The notes under the pieces: model-generated | Databases searched by the model: none | What the model was told of the DNA's origin: nothing | What the model saw: only the letters and a program-made list of their open reading frames with translations | Program-made: the position numbers and the translations under genes | Assembly: GCA_009695005.1 (NCBI GenBank) | Contig: SIBU01000005.1 | Coordinates: 1 to 48,627, forward strand | DNA: 48,627 nt | Direction of reading: 5' to 3' | DNA from: Candidatus Tayloriibacteriota bacterium | GTDB lineage: Bacteria; Patescibacteriota; Minisyncoccia; Phycocordibacterales; SIBU01 | Shown: piece by piece, positions 37,651 through 47,775 of the stretch | Layout of the letters: each line of letters begins with the position of its first letter | Position numbering within the stretch: position 1 is the first letter of the stretch

Positions 37651-38073
37651 TTATGCCAATTCTATCTTATCTCCGGCTTGCAAATAGACATAAGCCTTGT
37701 AAGCGGTCTTGCCATAGGAAATATGACCGCGGACAAAAGATTTTTTAGGTGGTACTCTCAAAACTGCCACCTTTACCGGAACAACTTTATACAAAACCTG
37801 AACAGCTAATGAAACGTTTCGAGCGTTAGCTTTCTTTGTAACTTCAAAAACGCAAACCATTCTGCCTTGCTTCTCTGAAAGAATAGCTGGCTTTTCAGTA
37901 ATTCTTGGTCTTACGATAATGCTTGAAGCATCAACGTGTGATAAACCTAAACCCACAGCCATGTTAGTTTTAGGCTTCACTACTGATACTTTAGTCGCCT
38001 TAACAGCCTTGACTGTCTTCTTAGCAACTTTTTCAGAAGCGACTTTATTCTTTTTTAAATTGAGAATTGCCAT
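37651..38073 (-). CDS. rplW: 50S ribosomal protein L23 with Lys-rich N-terminal extension
   Basis: IVRPRITEK, FEV, YKAYVYL..GDKI. Confidence 0.93.
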   Translation of the reverse strand: MAILNLKKNKVASEKVAKKTVKAVKATKVSVVKPKTNMAVGLGLSHVDASSIIVRPRITEKPAILSEKQGRMVCVFEVTKKANARNVSLAVQVLYKVVPVKVAVLRVPPKKSFVRGHISYGKTAYKAYVYLQAGDKIELA

Positions 38074-38081
38074 GATATTTA

Positions 38082-38744
38082 TTATGCAACTTTAGCTTCC
38101 AAAGTCTTAAGTGCCTCTTTTGGTCCGACGACTACAAGATACTTGGTCTTCATAAGATCGAGCACATTCAAATTGCGGAACTCTCCAACCGAAACAGACC
38201 CTAAGTTCGCAAAACTTCTCTCAACGGCCACATCCTTGGTAGACAATGATAAACAAAGAGCGTTAGTCTTCTTCTTTGTTAAATATTCAAAACCTTTTAT
38301 ATTAGCAAGAGCAAAAAGCACCTCCTTGGCTTCCTTAGTTTTTGGTTTCGACAAGGCTAAATTTTCAAGGAAAAGAACTTCTCCATCTTTAAATTTCTTA
38401 GACAATACAACTGACAAAGCTTTTGCTCTTGTTGATTTGTTAATCTTTCGCGCAAAGACTTTTTCATTCGAAGGACCGTGAGTTACACCTCCACCAACCC
38501 AGATAGGGCTGCGGATAGAACCGTGACGAGCTCGGCCGGTACCTTTCTGTCTCCAAGGCTTCTTACCTCCACCACGAACAGCACTTCTGTCTTTAACATG
38601 AGCCACGGTAGTTCGGAGATTTGCTTGCATCGAAACAACAACCTGATGAACCAAGTCTGCATTCCAAGGCAATCCGAAAATACTCTCGGGAAGCTTAAGC
38701 TTTCCTACCTCTTTGCCTGTTTGATTGTAAACTACAGTTTCCAT
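38082..38744 (-). CDS. rplD: 50S ribosomal protein L4
   Basis: GGGKKPWRQKGTGRARHGSIRSP. Confidence 0.98.
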   Translation of the reverse strand: METVVYNQTGKEVGKLKLPESIFGLPWNADLVHQVVVSMQANLRTTVAHVKDRSAVRGGGKKPWRQKGTGRARHGSIRSPIWVGGGVTHGPSNEKVFARKINKSTRAKALSVVLSKKFKDGEVLFLENLALSKPKTKEAKEVLFALANIKGFEYLTKKKTNALCLSLSTKDVAVERSFANLGSVSVGEFRNLNVLDLMKTKYLVVVGPKEALKTLEAKVA

Positions 38745-38762
38745 GGTAATTATTTATTTCGT

Positions 38763-39386
38763 TTAGGCATTTACACTTCGAATTTCAACAAACGTACCTC
38801 GTCGTCCCGGAACCGCTCCGCTAACCAATATAAGATTCTTTACTGGGTCAACTTGGACAATTCGAACACCTTTAATAGTTACTCGATCGCCTCCCATACG
38901 TCCTGCCATACGAATACCTTTCGCTACACGGCCTCCAGCTCGTCCTCCACCTCCGATACCTCCTGGTTCACGTTCTGAGTGCTTCTGACCGTGCGTACGT
39001 CGTCCTCCGTGGAAACCATGACGCTTTACACCTCCTTGGAAACCCTTACCTTTTGAAATTGAAGAAATGATAACATCGTCCCCCACTTTAAAAGCTGAGG
39101 CGTCGATCTTATCACCTAAAATTTGAGCTGGTGCGTCCTCCATTCTAAATTCTTTCAAAAGAGCAAAACTACCGAGAGTCTTTACGTGACCTTTGACAGC
39201 CTTACTTATGTTCTTAGCGTTTCGCTCTCCGAAACCTACCTGCAACGCGCAATAACCGTCTTTCTCGACAGTTCTAACCTGAGTAACAACATTCGGTCCT
39301 GCAGAGATAACAGTAACCGGAGTCACCTTTCCATCTTCGCCCCAAACTTGGGACATATTAATTTTTGTTCCTAGTATAAATCGCAT
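38763..39386 (-). CDS. rplC: 50S ribosomal protein L3
   Basis: SKGKGFQG.VKRHGF, MAGRMG, GAVPG. Confidence 0.98.
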   Translation of the reverse strand: MRFILGTKINMSQVWGEDGKVTPVTVISAGPNVVTQVRTVEKDGYCALQVGFGERNAKNISKAVKGHVKTLGSFALLKEFRMEDAPAQILGDKIDASAFKVGDDVIISSISKGKGFQGGVKRHGFHGGRRTHGQKHSEREPGGIGGGGRAGGRVAKGIRMAGRMGGDRVTIKGVRIVQVDPVKNLILVSGAVPGRRGTFVEIRSVNA

Positions 39387-39461
39387 ATGATTTTGAACTT
39401 AGCTCACGGCCAGAGGTTCCTTGTTCTTCCTTAAAACATCCGTAAAGTAGCAGTGGGTAGT

Positions 39462-39490
39462 AGCCTAACAAATAGTGATAAAAAAGTCAA
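39462..39490 (-). promoter_or_regulatory. Promoter upstream of rplC
   Basis: TTGACT-17 nt-TAGGCT with extended TG. Confidence 0.65.
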
Positions 39491-39519
39491 AAGTCATTAC
39501 TTTTGTTATACTTCTACAA

Positions 39520-40521
39520 ATGGATCATTTTCCAAAAAATGAACTAAGTAACATAACTTTCACAAACGAACCCTTGATGTCTAAGCATGAGGTGGACAAA
39601 GGTCGTAACGAACGTAAGACTGCTCTCGTTCCACAAATTAGAGAACTTCTTAACACCCACAAAAAATTTAAGGGTGAAAATATTAGTGTAACTTTTTCTC
39701 ATCGAGGAGTATCGTCTCTTGTCGCCTTTTTGGAATCTAAGGAAGGAAAATTTGTTTTAAAAATTCCTATAAGAAATGATTTGCCTCAAGGCGAAGCAAA
39801 ATTCTTGCAGGAATGGGAAAAAACTGGCGTCGAAGTTCCTCATATTCTTGAGGAAGGACTTATCGACGACCGTCCCTATCTACTTATGGAACAAGTGACA
39901 GAGAAAACTCTTTTTGAAACATTTAGTGAAAGAGAGATGATTGACAGAGGAATTTATCTTGAGATGGGTAAAACCTTGCACTCTATGCACCAACCTAAAA
40001 CAACCGGTTACGGTCAAATATTCAACGGCAAACCCGAGTACGATGATTTTGCATCATGGCTAAAATATACTACTGACAAAAGTCGTTTGTATACGGAAGA
40101 AAATCAACTTTTAGACGAAAATGAACACGGCTCAATAGATTTGGCGATTACAATACTTGAAGATTACGGAAGGAAGCAAAACCAAAGTTCATATTGTCAT
40201 TATGATTTTCATACTGAAAATATTTTCGCCACAGAACCGATTACAGTTTTCGATCCAGATTGTGTATTGAACTTACCGTATATCGACCTTGGAAGGAGTA
40301 TCGTAATCGGCCCAGCAAAAAGTAAGAACAATGATACCGTAAAACAAATGATTGAAGGGTACGAATCTGAAGGTGAGAAAGTTGATTTGAGAGTGTTGCA
40401 AGCCTCAATTCTAATAAATAGCATCCAGAAATTTCAGTATTGGAACAAAAAGAAGAGTACAGAAGGTATTCAAAAAGTTAAGAAATATCTGGCAGAGAAC
40501 AAACACCTATTGGAGTGTTAG
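39520..40521 (+). CDS. APH/choline-kinase-like phosphotransferase
   Basis: VLKI, E..FL, VP.I, YLLME, CHYDFHTENI, FDP. Start moved to ATG 39520 (TATACT 7 nt upstream). Confidence 0.85.
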   Translation: MDHFPKNELSNITFTNEPLMSKHEVDKGRNERKTALVPQIRELLNTHKKFKGENISVTFSHRGVSSLVAFLESKEGKFVLKIPIRNDLPQGEAKFLQEWEKTGVEVPHILEEGLIDDRPYLLMEQVTEKTLFETFSEREMIDRGIYLEMGKTLHSMHQPKTTGYGQIFNGKPEYDDFASWLKYTTDKSRLYTEENQLLDENEHGSIDLAITILEDYGRKQNQSSYCHYDFHTENIFATEPITVFDPDCVLNLPYIDLGRSIVIGPAKSKNNDTVKQMIEGYESEGEKVDLRVLQASILINSIQKFQYWNKKKSTEGIQKVKKYLAENKHLLEC

Positions 40522-40563
40522 ATGTTTACTATCTCCCAACTTACCACAAAAATAATAAGAAAA

Positions 40564-40827
40564 TTATCTGTAAACATCGTGGTCGCCAATAGCGAGGAGC
40601 TCAACAAAATTTTTTGATACATGCCGAAATACAATCCGGATTTTATAGTTTACCGATAAACTCCAACGGCCAGAAAGTGCACCGTGCAATTTGTGAACCT
40701 TGAGAGCTTCGTGATTTTCGGGATTTTTAAACAACTCTATCTTTTCAAGAACTTCGGCAATCAATTCTTTCTCAAGATGCTTCATAGCCCGCACAAAAGA
40801 CGGCTTGAATCCGATTTCAAGTGCCAT
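40564..40827 (-). CDS. RelE/YafQ-family toxin
   Basis: F.R..K.L, LKVHKLHGAL.G.WS.SVNYKIRIVF, IGDHDVY. Confidence 0.9.
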   Translation of the reverse strand: MALEIGFKPSFVRAMKHLEKELIAEVLEKIELFKNPENHEALKVHKLHGALSGRWSLSVNYKIRIVFRHVSKNFVELLAIGDHDVYR

Positions 40828-41033
40828 TATATTTTCTTCATTAAATCCCGCAAATTTCCTTTAAGAGTGGTTTCGGTCTCGGCACGAAGCACAGCATTCA
40901 CCGCCTCTTCTTCAGAAAGACGTTTAAGAGCCCGGCGAACAACGTCAGCCTTATTAGAACCATAGCCACTTTTTACAAGCCGGTTTACAGTTTCTTCAAG
41001 TTGCGGAGTCAAAGGTACGGATAGAGTACTCAT
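40827..41033 (-). CDS. ParD-like ribbon-helix-helix antitoxin
   Basis: MSTLSVPLTP.L...V..LVKSG...NKADVVRRAL; stop overlaps the toxin start. Confidence 0.88.
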   Translation of the reverse strand: MSTLSVPLTPQLEETVNRLVKSGYGSNKADVVRRALKRLSEEEAVNAVLRAETETTLKGNLRDLMKKI

Positions 41034-41045
41034 AAAGTTTATGAT

Positions 41046-41077
41046 TATATGATAATATAATATTATATTATCATATA
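41046..41077. promoter_or_regulatory. 32-bp perfect palindrome, probable TA operator/promoter
   Basis: TATATGATAATATAATATTATATTATCATATA is self-complementary and lies 12 nt upstream of the antitoxin ATG. Confidence 0.75.
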
Positions 41078-41220
41078 TATTTTTGCGACGCAAGACACTA
41101 TCCCCCACTCCGCGCGGGGTAGCAGAGCGAGAATATTTTCCTTGCAGAACACTCACAGAAAAATCTGAGCATCCTCTCGCCCCGAAGGAATCGGAATCTG
41201 TCGTAGTAAAGGTTTTGCTA

Positions 41221-41255
41221 CCACAAAAAAACCGCCAAGTGGCGGTTTTTTGTGG
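41221..41255 (-). terminator. Terminator after rpsJ
   Basis: CCACAAAAAAACCGCC-AAGT-GGCGGTTTTTTGTGG, extendable to 41208-41267. Confidence 0.85.
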
Positions 41256-41265
41256 GCAAAACCCT

Positions 41266-41667
41266 TTACATCATCTTGACATCAATATTCACTCCAGAGG
41301 GAAGCGAAAGATTGGTCAAAGATTCAATAATTTTCGCGTTAGGATTCACAATATCAATCAAACGTTTATGAACTCTCATCTCAAACTGTTCTCGTGCATT
41401 TTTGTAAACGAAAGCTGAACGATTAACTGTGTATTTCTTAATTTCTGTTGGCAATGGAATTGGTCCCAAAATTGTAGCGTCAAATCGAAGCGCTGTATCA
41501 ATAATCTGCTTCACTGAGGCGTCTAGAATTTTGTGCTCGTAAGCGCGAACCCGAATTCTAAGTTTGGCAACCACATCCTTTTTTGGAATGGTTACAACCT
41601 TAGGCTTAGTTTTTGCTGGAGCCTTTGGCTTAACTGATTTTTCTGCTATTGGTTTGATTGGCATCAT
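41266..41667 (-). CDS. rpsJ: 30S ribosomal protein S10 with Lys/Pro-rich N-terminal extension
   Basis: [36 protein letters not shown]. Confidence 0.97.
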   Translation of the reverse strand: MMPIKPIAEKSVKPKAPAKTKPKVVTIPKKDVVAKLRIRVRAYEHKILDASVKQIIDTALRFDATILGPIPLPTEIKKYTVNRSAFVYKNAREQFEMRVHKRLIDIVNPNAKIIESLTNLSLPSGVNIDVKMM

Positions 41668-41674
41668 AAACTGC

Positions 41675-42865
41675 TTAAGCAACAATCTTAGTAACAACCC
41701 CCGCTCCTACGGTCTTACCTCCCTCGCGGATAGCAAAACGCTGTTTCTCTTCCAGAGCTACTGGAGCTACAAGCTTAACTTTGAAAGTAATAGTGTCTCC
41801 TGGCATAACCATTTCAGTCTTTTCAGGCAAGGTAACATCACCGGTAACATCAGTGGTTCGAATGTAAAACTGCGGCTTATATCCTGAGAAGAATGGAGTG
41901 TGGCGACCACCTTCCTCTTTCTTCAAGATGTAAACTTCGGCTTCGAAATCAGTATGAGGAGTAACTGTACCAGTTTTAGCAAGAACCTGACCGCGGTGCA
42001 CATCTTCTTTCTTTGTACCTCGGAGCAAAATTCCTGCGTTATCCCCAGCCATACCTTCGGCAAGAGACTTATTGAACATTTCAATACCGGTGACAATTGT
42101 CTTACTTGTCGGCTTCAAACCAACAATTTCAATTTCCTCACCAACCTTAATCAAACCGCGTTCAATTCTACCAGTAACCACAGTACCACGGCCTTCAATA
42201 GAGAAGATGTCTTCGATTGGCATTAGAAACGGTTTGTCTGTCTCGCGAACAGGAACCGGAATATATGAATCAAGAGTATTAGTGAGTTCAAGTACTTTCT
42301 TAACCCATTCGTCATCCTTTGAAGTTGCCTCCAAAGCCTTTAGAGCGGATCCTCTGATAACTGGAGAGGCCTTACCGTCATAACCTTGCTTGGTCAAAAG
42401 TTCTCGAACTTCCTCCTCAACAAGATCAATCAACTCTGGATCTGGCACCATGTCCACCTTGTTCAAGAAAACAATGATTTTTGGAACACCAACTTGTTTT
42501 GCAAGCAAAACGTGTTCGCGAGTCTGAGGCATAACACCGTCGGTAGCTGCGATTACGAGAATAGCACCGTCCATCTGAGCGGCACCTGTAATCATGTTCT
42601 TAATGTAGTCAGCGTGACCTGGAGCATCGATGTGAGCGTAGTGACGATTGGCGGTCTCATACTCATTATGAGAAAGCGCAATAGTAATACCTCGAGCCTT
42701 TTCCTCTGGTGCGGAATCAATTTCGTCTACTTTTTTCAACTTAACAGTGAAACCGGCAAGATGAAGTGAATTCAAAATTGCGGCCGTTAAAGTTGTCTTG
42801 CCGTGGTCAACGTGGCCGATGGTGCCTACGTTTACGTGAGGCTTACTTCGATTAAATTCTGCCAT
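41675..42865 (-). CDS. tuf: Elongation factor Tu
   Basis: [41 protein letters not shown]. Confidence 0.99.
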   Translation of the reverse strand: MAEFNRSKPHVNVGTIGHVDHGKTTLTAAILNSLHLAGFTVKLKKVDEIDSAPEEKARGITIALSHNEYETANRHYAHIDAPGHADYIKNMITGAAQMDGAILVIAATDGVMPQTREHVLLAKQVGVPKIIVFLNKVDMVPDPELIDLVEEEVRELLTKQGYDGKASPVIRGSALKALEATSKDDEWVKKVLELTNTLDSYIPVPVRETDKPFLMPIEDIFSIEGRGTVVTGRIERGLIKVGEEIEIVGLKPTSKTIVTGIEMFNKSLAEGMAGDNAGILLRGTKKEDVHRGQVLAKTGTVTPHTDFEAEVYILKKEEGGRHTPFFSGYKPQFYIRTTDVTGDVTLPEKTEMVMPGDTITFKVKLVAPVALEEKQRFAIREGGKTVGAGVVTKIVA

Positions 42866-43047
42866 ATTATTTTTAGTTTACTTGTCTAAATCAAACGCGC
42901 GAGAACTTGCTTGAACAAGACAATTAAACCCTAATTAAACTTATAAATAATAAATTAACCTTTAGGCTGTCCTTCGCCTAGTGGCGAGCGGCAGAGCAAA
43001 AAGAACGCGAGAAGCGATAGCAACCATATTATCAGAACATAATACAA

Positions 43048-43088
43048 TGTCAACGCCCCGGCTCGCAAAGCGAGTCGGGGCGTTGACA
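43048..43088. terminator. Hairpin after the surface-protein gene; contains the probable tuf -35 box
   Basis: TGTCAACGCCCCG.CTCGC-AAA-GCGAG.CGGGGCGTTGACA. Confidence 0.7.
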
Positions 43089-43110
43089 AAATTAATCCCT
43101 AAATACCTTC

Positions 43111-46100
43111 CTATTTCAAGGAAGCCTTAATTCCCTCAAGCGCCACTCGAACACTTTCTAAGACACTCGCCATTTGAGTTGCCTTATCTTGCTTAAGTGA
43201 GGTAGATGATTTAATCACCTGGAATTCACTAGGTGATACACTTGAAACACCAGAGGAAATATCGGTAATGCGTATTTTCATTAAACCTTTTCCAACGTAT
43301 GCGTCGGCTGAATCAATAGCCCAATAATAACTTCCGCTAGAAGCGTTTGTACTGGAAGTAATAGTTGAACACTGACTCATGCTACTCCAGCATGCTTCTA
43401 TCTTAACCTGCGTCGCTCCGCTCGAAGTCCATGTTATTGAAGCGTTATATGGAGCGAAAAAGGAATTCAGAGGGCCAGTCACATTGATTGAAACACTTGA
43501 AGCTACTGGAGTGGCAATTTGAGCAGGAGTCACAGTAACATAAAGATTAGCTGAAATTTTTTCACCAACTACATTATGGCAAACAAGACCATAACTTGAG
43601 CTTACTGATGGTGTCAGAGTTAAACTACCGGACACACCTATACTGTTATTCCAATCACTCAAAGCAGTACAACTTGTTGTGTTTGAGCTACTCCATGTAA
43701 GAGCTACAGGGGTACCGGCGGTAACGCTAATAAAAGAAGCGGAACCATTAGCTCTAAAATAATTTATTGTTGGTGAAACTTGCACTGGTCTATTTTGAAC
43801 AGTCACATTACATGGCCATGACACAGAGCTGAACCCAGAGGTTACAGAAACGGAAGCGGTCTTGTATCCGGCAGTAGTGTAAGTAATAGTGGCGACAGGA
43901 CTGTTCCCCCCTGACAAGCCGTCACTACCTGTCCATGAGAACGTGTAAGAACCTGTTCCGCCTGAAGGATTAACTCCCCAGGTAACAACATCCCCAACGT
44001 AAGGACTTGAGGGAGCTGCGCTGCAAGAAACTGATAATGGAGCGGTTGTCTGGCTTGCTGGCAAATTTACCTGTTGGTTAGCTACTGCAGGAGCAGAAAC
44101 TACCACCGTGGTCGTCTGAACAACACTCCCCCCTTGTGTATCACTGGCTGTAAAGCTTAAAGCATAATTCCCTGCTGTTGAATAAGTATGACTAAAATTT
44201 CCGGGCAAATCTCCGCCATAATAACTGTACCCTACAGATCCTCCAGCGGAAGTTCCATCGCCCCAACTAACGGAGTAAAGAATGCTTGAACCGTCAGGAT
44301 CGTAGCTGTTTGTGCTCCAACTGCCACTTTGACCGGTGGTCAAAGTAGCTGGTCCAGTCGGAAAACCTCTAAAAATTGGTAACTTATTCGTAGTTGCCGA
44401 AGGGATAGTCGTTGTTGTAGTAACAGCAGCCACAGGTTTAACTGTCACAGGAATTAACAAATCCTTGGAATTAATTGCTCCTCTCGCATCAGTAACTGTT
44501 ATCCTTGTGGTGTAATTGTAATTTCCACTGACATAACTATGTGCAAAATCTGCACTCATTATCGAGTTCGCAGAAGATGTAGTAATCGTTCGAGTCTCCT
44601 CTGCAGTACCGTCACCCCAATTTACTTTTGCCGTGAGTATTGTTCCGTCAGGATCAGAAGCTGTTAAACTCCAAATTCCACTGACTCCAGCTTGGATCGT
44701 TGAGAGTCCATTCCATGTTCTTATTACTGGACTTTGATTTGCTACTACGGCTGTAGCTTGAGCAACATTCACCGTCACATCCCCACTTACTGAAGCTCCC
44801 GCACTATTGAAGCAGGTCACAGTAAAATGTTTAGTGCTGGTAATCGGGCCGTAAGTCGTTGCTCTGTTTGAAGTTACTCTATCTGGTGCGTTGAAATTGT
44901 TGGTGCAATAGGAAGCATTAGTTGAATTCCAACTTCCTGTGGCCCATTGACCACTTTGAATACTGAGTGGGCCTTTTGAACCGTCGACGGTTACATTGAC
45001 TGTGGGAGCAGGAACGGTTGCGGTAGTTGGTGCGGTAATGGTGAAATATGAATCGCTCCAATCAAAAATACCAATTTTCAGGTCACCTATTCTAATTTTA
45101 TAATTACCAGGACTCAAGGTGGTCTGCCCATTGCCATTAACTACACTACCTACATTCCACGAATAAGAATCAGGATAGACAGAATCTGACGGCAAACCAA
45201 CAATAGAAATGTCAGCGCCAGGACATAGGGTTGAGTATACACATGAACTATTTACGGGAGCAACAATGACGGACGTCCCCTCACCGCCAATTTTTTTCCA
45301 TCTAATTGACTGAACTGTGCCACTTTGCCATGACTCTCCTCCATTCGGACTGACAACAGTAACATCAACGGTGGGAGCAGGAACGGTTGCAACTGTTGGA
45401 TTAGAAAGTGTGAAGTAATTACTGTCCTTCCCCACTGCTCTACCGGCAATTGAATCCAACACTGCTTGACTGTAACTTGACGACTCGGAAAGAATTAAAC
45501 TGACCTTGTATGATCCTGAATCATTCACAGAGGCTGGAATGTTAGGACACTGATACCTACTAACGATACTTAACGTTGTTTGAAGATAAGAAGCCGGCAC
45601 AGAAGAAAGAAAACAACCTGAACCGTCAGCTAATTTCAGATACACATGAACGTAAGCACTTGAGGATATGCCACTGTATTGCCACCTTATCGGTACGGAG
45701 CCGTTAAAAGCAAAATTCTCTCCTCCGTTCGGTGACAATACCTTCAAAGTTAATTCCGGTCTTGTTGCAGTACAAACACCCGATGAATCCTGAACAAATC
45801 CAGAAATACAAGTTGAGGTTGAATGAGAAACGTTTTGATACTCTACACTTTCTAACATTGCCGATTTAATCTGATCAATGCTTGTACCTCCGTTGTAAAA
45901 ATAGTAGAAACCACTATTGTCAGGTTCACGATTTAAGATAGTTCTATAAAGCGAAATAATCTGTAGAGCGCGAGTATCGGATGGAAAAAGAGAAAAGGTA
46001 GTAGTGTTATTTACGGAAGAAACTGTAAAAGGTATAACTTTACTTCCTTGATCCCCCGGACCGTTTAAACCGTAACACGAACTACCTACCCTACTGCAAT

Positions 46101-47775
46101 AGAGACCTAGCTTTAAATTATATGAACCTGCGGCTGGAACATTCATGCTAACATTCCAATAACCTGTTGATGAGTTGTATGTTCCGTTGAATGAATCTCG
46201 AGGGTAAGGCACAACGTAATTGCCGGAAAAATTGGTGTCATTTACAGGAAATATATATGCTTGAATATTAAATCCTTTATCACTTGAGGCGATATTCCCC
46301 TTTCCATCTATCCCTTTAATCGTTAGATTGATTGTTGAACCTGGAGCGTAGTTAGACTGATTACCACTAACACTGGAAATAGTGAAGGGTGTAGTGGTGA
46401 TTGAATCGTTCTGAGTAGGAATTGTAGATTGGAATGTTAAAGTGTTTGTATAAACAACGGAACTATTGCCATTTTGGTCAATAAGAACTGTATTTAGTAT
46501 TTGCGACCCTGAGAAATTAAAGGTAAAAGCGTTTGGCACAGATACTGTTTTTTGAGCACCTGCTGCAAGCCCAGACACGACTACTGCAGTACCCTGTACA
46601 ACAACCCTAAATGGTGTATTTATGTCTACTGTACTTTTATTAAGCAAGACTACATCTGTTGTTATCCATTCATTTACTTTTGGAGAAGAGGGAGAATACT
46701 TCACGTCTGTTATAACCACACCTTGCAAGGAAGAAGAACTAGGATTACTAACTTGATTTTCCTTCTCTCGAACCTTAAAACCGTTCGAGCCAACCGAGAC
46801 ATATATTTTCTCGGTATCGGCGTTATTATTCTCCTTAGCACTCAAAATATACTCTTCTTGATTTAGCGGAAAATAAAAACTTCCGCTATTTGAGGTCAGA
46901 AGAATTGTTGTTCCAGATTTTTTGGTGACATCGAAAGAAAATTCGCTCCTATTGGCGCCTTCATTCACAACAGCTTTGACTTCATTACCATTTCTTGTAA
47001 GGAATACTTCTGCGTTAGCAGTTACACCATTTGAAATTAAGTTATAGAAATGATAACCGCTAGCTGAAACATCTGCCATCGCAGAAAGATTTTCAACACG
47101 ACTACCTTCTGTTTGAGAAATCAAAACCTTGTATCCAGAAAGAATAGGTAGATCTGGAAAACGTTGGGGATTTAACACGACAGGAGCTCCAGATGGAGTG
47201 AATACGGATATTTTAATTGTTGAATCAAGACTTCCATTTGAAGAATATACAGAAATTGAAAGGGGGTAATTTGCTTGATTTTTACCACAAGGGTACAAAC
47301 TATTTAGCTTAGCTCTCGTCATAGGTCCCACAGTACCGGTCTTTTTGATACCGTACTTTGCCTGAAAATCAATGACAGCAGAAGCAGTAGATTCGGTAAA
47401 ATTATACGTTTCCCTACCATCACCCGTAACAGAAGAAGATTCTAAAGGTTGGAAACCCTCTGAAAACAGAGCTTTGTGTAAAGCTTGAACATCAGCTCCG
47501 TAATCATCTAACTTTAAACTTTTATTCCACTTGTGACAAAAACCGTCTGAGGAAGATACAGAAGTTGTACCGGAATAGTCCCCAGTAGAACCACCCGAAG
47601 TAGCTGGAGTTCCTTGTGATGTATTAAGTTGTGCCTGAAGTCTCTGAATTTGCGCCATAATAGCACTTAATTGTGCCTGTAAATCCGAAGCAGTATCAGC
47701 GGATACTATTGGTACAAAAGGAGTAATTACAAAAGATAAAACCAACACACCAGCAAGGATAAATTTCTTAAACAT
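43111..47775 (-). CDS. Giant modular cell-surface protein (signal peptide, coiled coil, peptidoglycan-binding domain, CARDB/Ig/PKD-like domains, DUF4214-like module)
   Basis: N-terminal signal; 'DVQAL...T..AV..FQ..YGI..TG.VGP.TR..LN'; 'SPNGGE' twice; 'WGDG' twice; 'LY...LNREPD'; Ser/Thr-rich. Confidence 0.9.
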   Translation of the reverse strand: MFKKFILAGVLVLSFVITPFVPIVSADTASDLQAQLSAIMAQIQRLQAQLNTSQGTPATSGGSTGDYSGTTSVSSSDGFCHKWNKSLKLDDYGADVQALHKALFSEGFQPLESSSVTGDGRETYNFTESTASAVIDFQAKYGIKKTGTVGPMTRAKLNSLYPCGKNQANYPLSISVYSSNGSLDSTIKISVFTPSGAPVVLNPQRFPDLPILSGYKVLISQTEGSRVENLSAMADVSASGYHFYNLISNGVTANAEVFLTRNGNEVKAVVNEGANRSEFSFDVTKKSGTTILLTSNSGSFYFPLNQEEYILSAKENNNADTEKIYVSVGSNGFKVREKENQVSNPSSSSLQGVVITDVKYSPSSPKVNEWITTDVVLLNKSTVDINTPFRVVVQGTAVVVSGLAAGAQKTVSVPNAFTFNFSGSQILNTVLIDQNGNSSVVYTNTLTFQSTIPTQNDSITTTPFTISSVSGNQSNYAPGSTINLTIKGIDGKGNIASSDKGFNIQAYIFPVNDTNFSGNYVVPYPRDSFNGTYNSSTGYWNVSMNVPAAGSYNLKLGLYCSRVGSSCYGLNGPGDQGSKVIPFTVSSVNNTTTFSLFPSDTRALQIISLYRTILNREPDNSGFYYFYNGGTSIDQIKSAMLESVEYQNVSHSTSTCISGFVQDSSGVCTATRPELTLKVLSPNGGENFAFNGSVPIRWQYSGISSSAYVHVYLKLADGSGCFLSSVPASYLQTTLSIVSRYQCPNIPASVNDSGSYKVSLILSESSSYSQAVLDSIAGRAVGKDSNYFTLSNPTVATVPAPTVDVTVVSPNGGESWQSGTVQSIRWKKIGGEGTSVIVAPVNSSCVYSTLCPGADISIVGLPSDSVYPDSYSWNVGSVVNGNGQTTLSPGNYKIRIGDLKIGIFDWSDSYFTITAPTTATVPAPTVNVTVDGSKGPLSIQSGQWATGSWNSTNASYCTNNFNAPDRVTSNRATTYGPITSTKHFTVTCFNSAGASVSGDVTVNVAQATAVVANQSPVIRTWNGLSTIQAGVSGIWSLTASDPDGTILTAKVNWGDGTAEETRTITTSSANSIMSADFAHSYVSGNYNYTTRITVTDARGAINSKDLLIPVTVKPVAAVTTTTTIPSATTNKLPIFRGFPTGPATLTTGQSGSWSTNSYDPDGSSILYSVSWGDGTSAGGSVGYSYYGGDLPGNFSHTYSTAGNYALSFTASDTQGGSVVQTTTVVVSAPAVANQQVNLPASQTTAPLSVSCSAAPSSPYVGDVVTWGVNPSGGTGSYTFSWTGSDGLSGGNSPVATITYTTAGYKTASVSVTSGFSSVSWPCNVTVQNRPVQVSPTINYFRANGSASFISVTAGTPVALTWSSSNTTSCTALSDWNNSIGVSGSLTLTPSVSSSYGLVCHNVVGEKISANLYVTVTPAQIATPVASSVSINVTGPLNSFFAPYNASITWTSSGATQVKIEACWSSMSQCSTITSSTNASSGSYYWAIDSADAYVGKGLMKIRITDISSGVSSVSPSEFQVIKSSTSLKQDKATQMASVLESVRVALEGIKASLK

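Noticed and set aside
41034-41156. N-terminal extension of the RHH antitoxin
   Set aside because: It runs through the AT-rich operator palindrome; the RHH begins at MSTLSV (41033).
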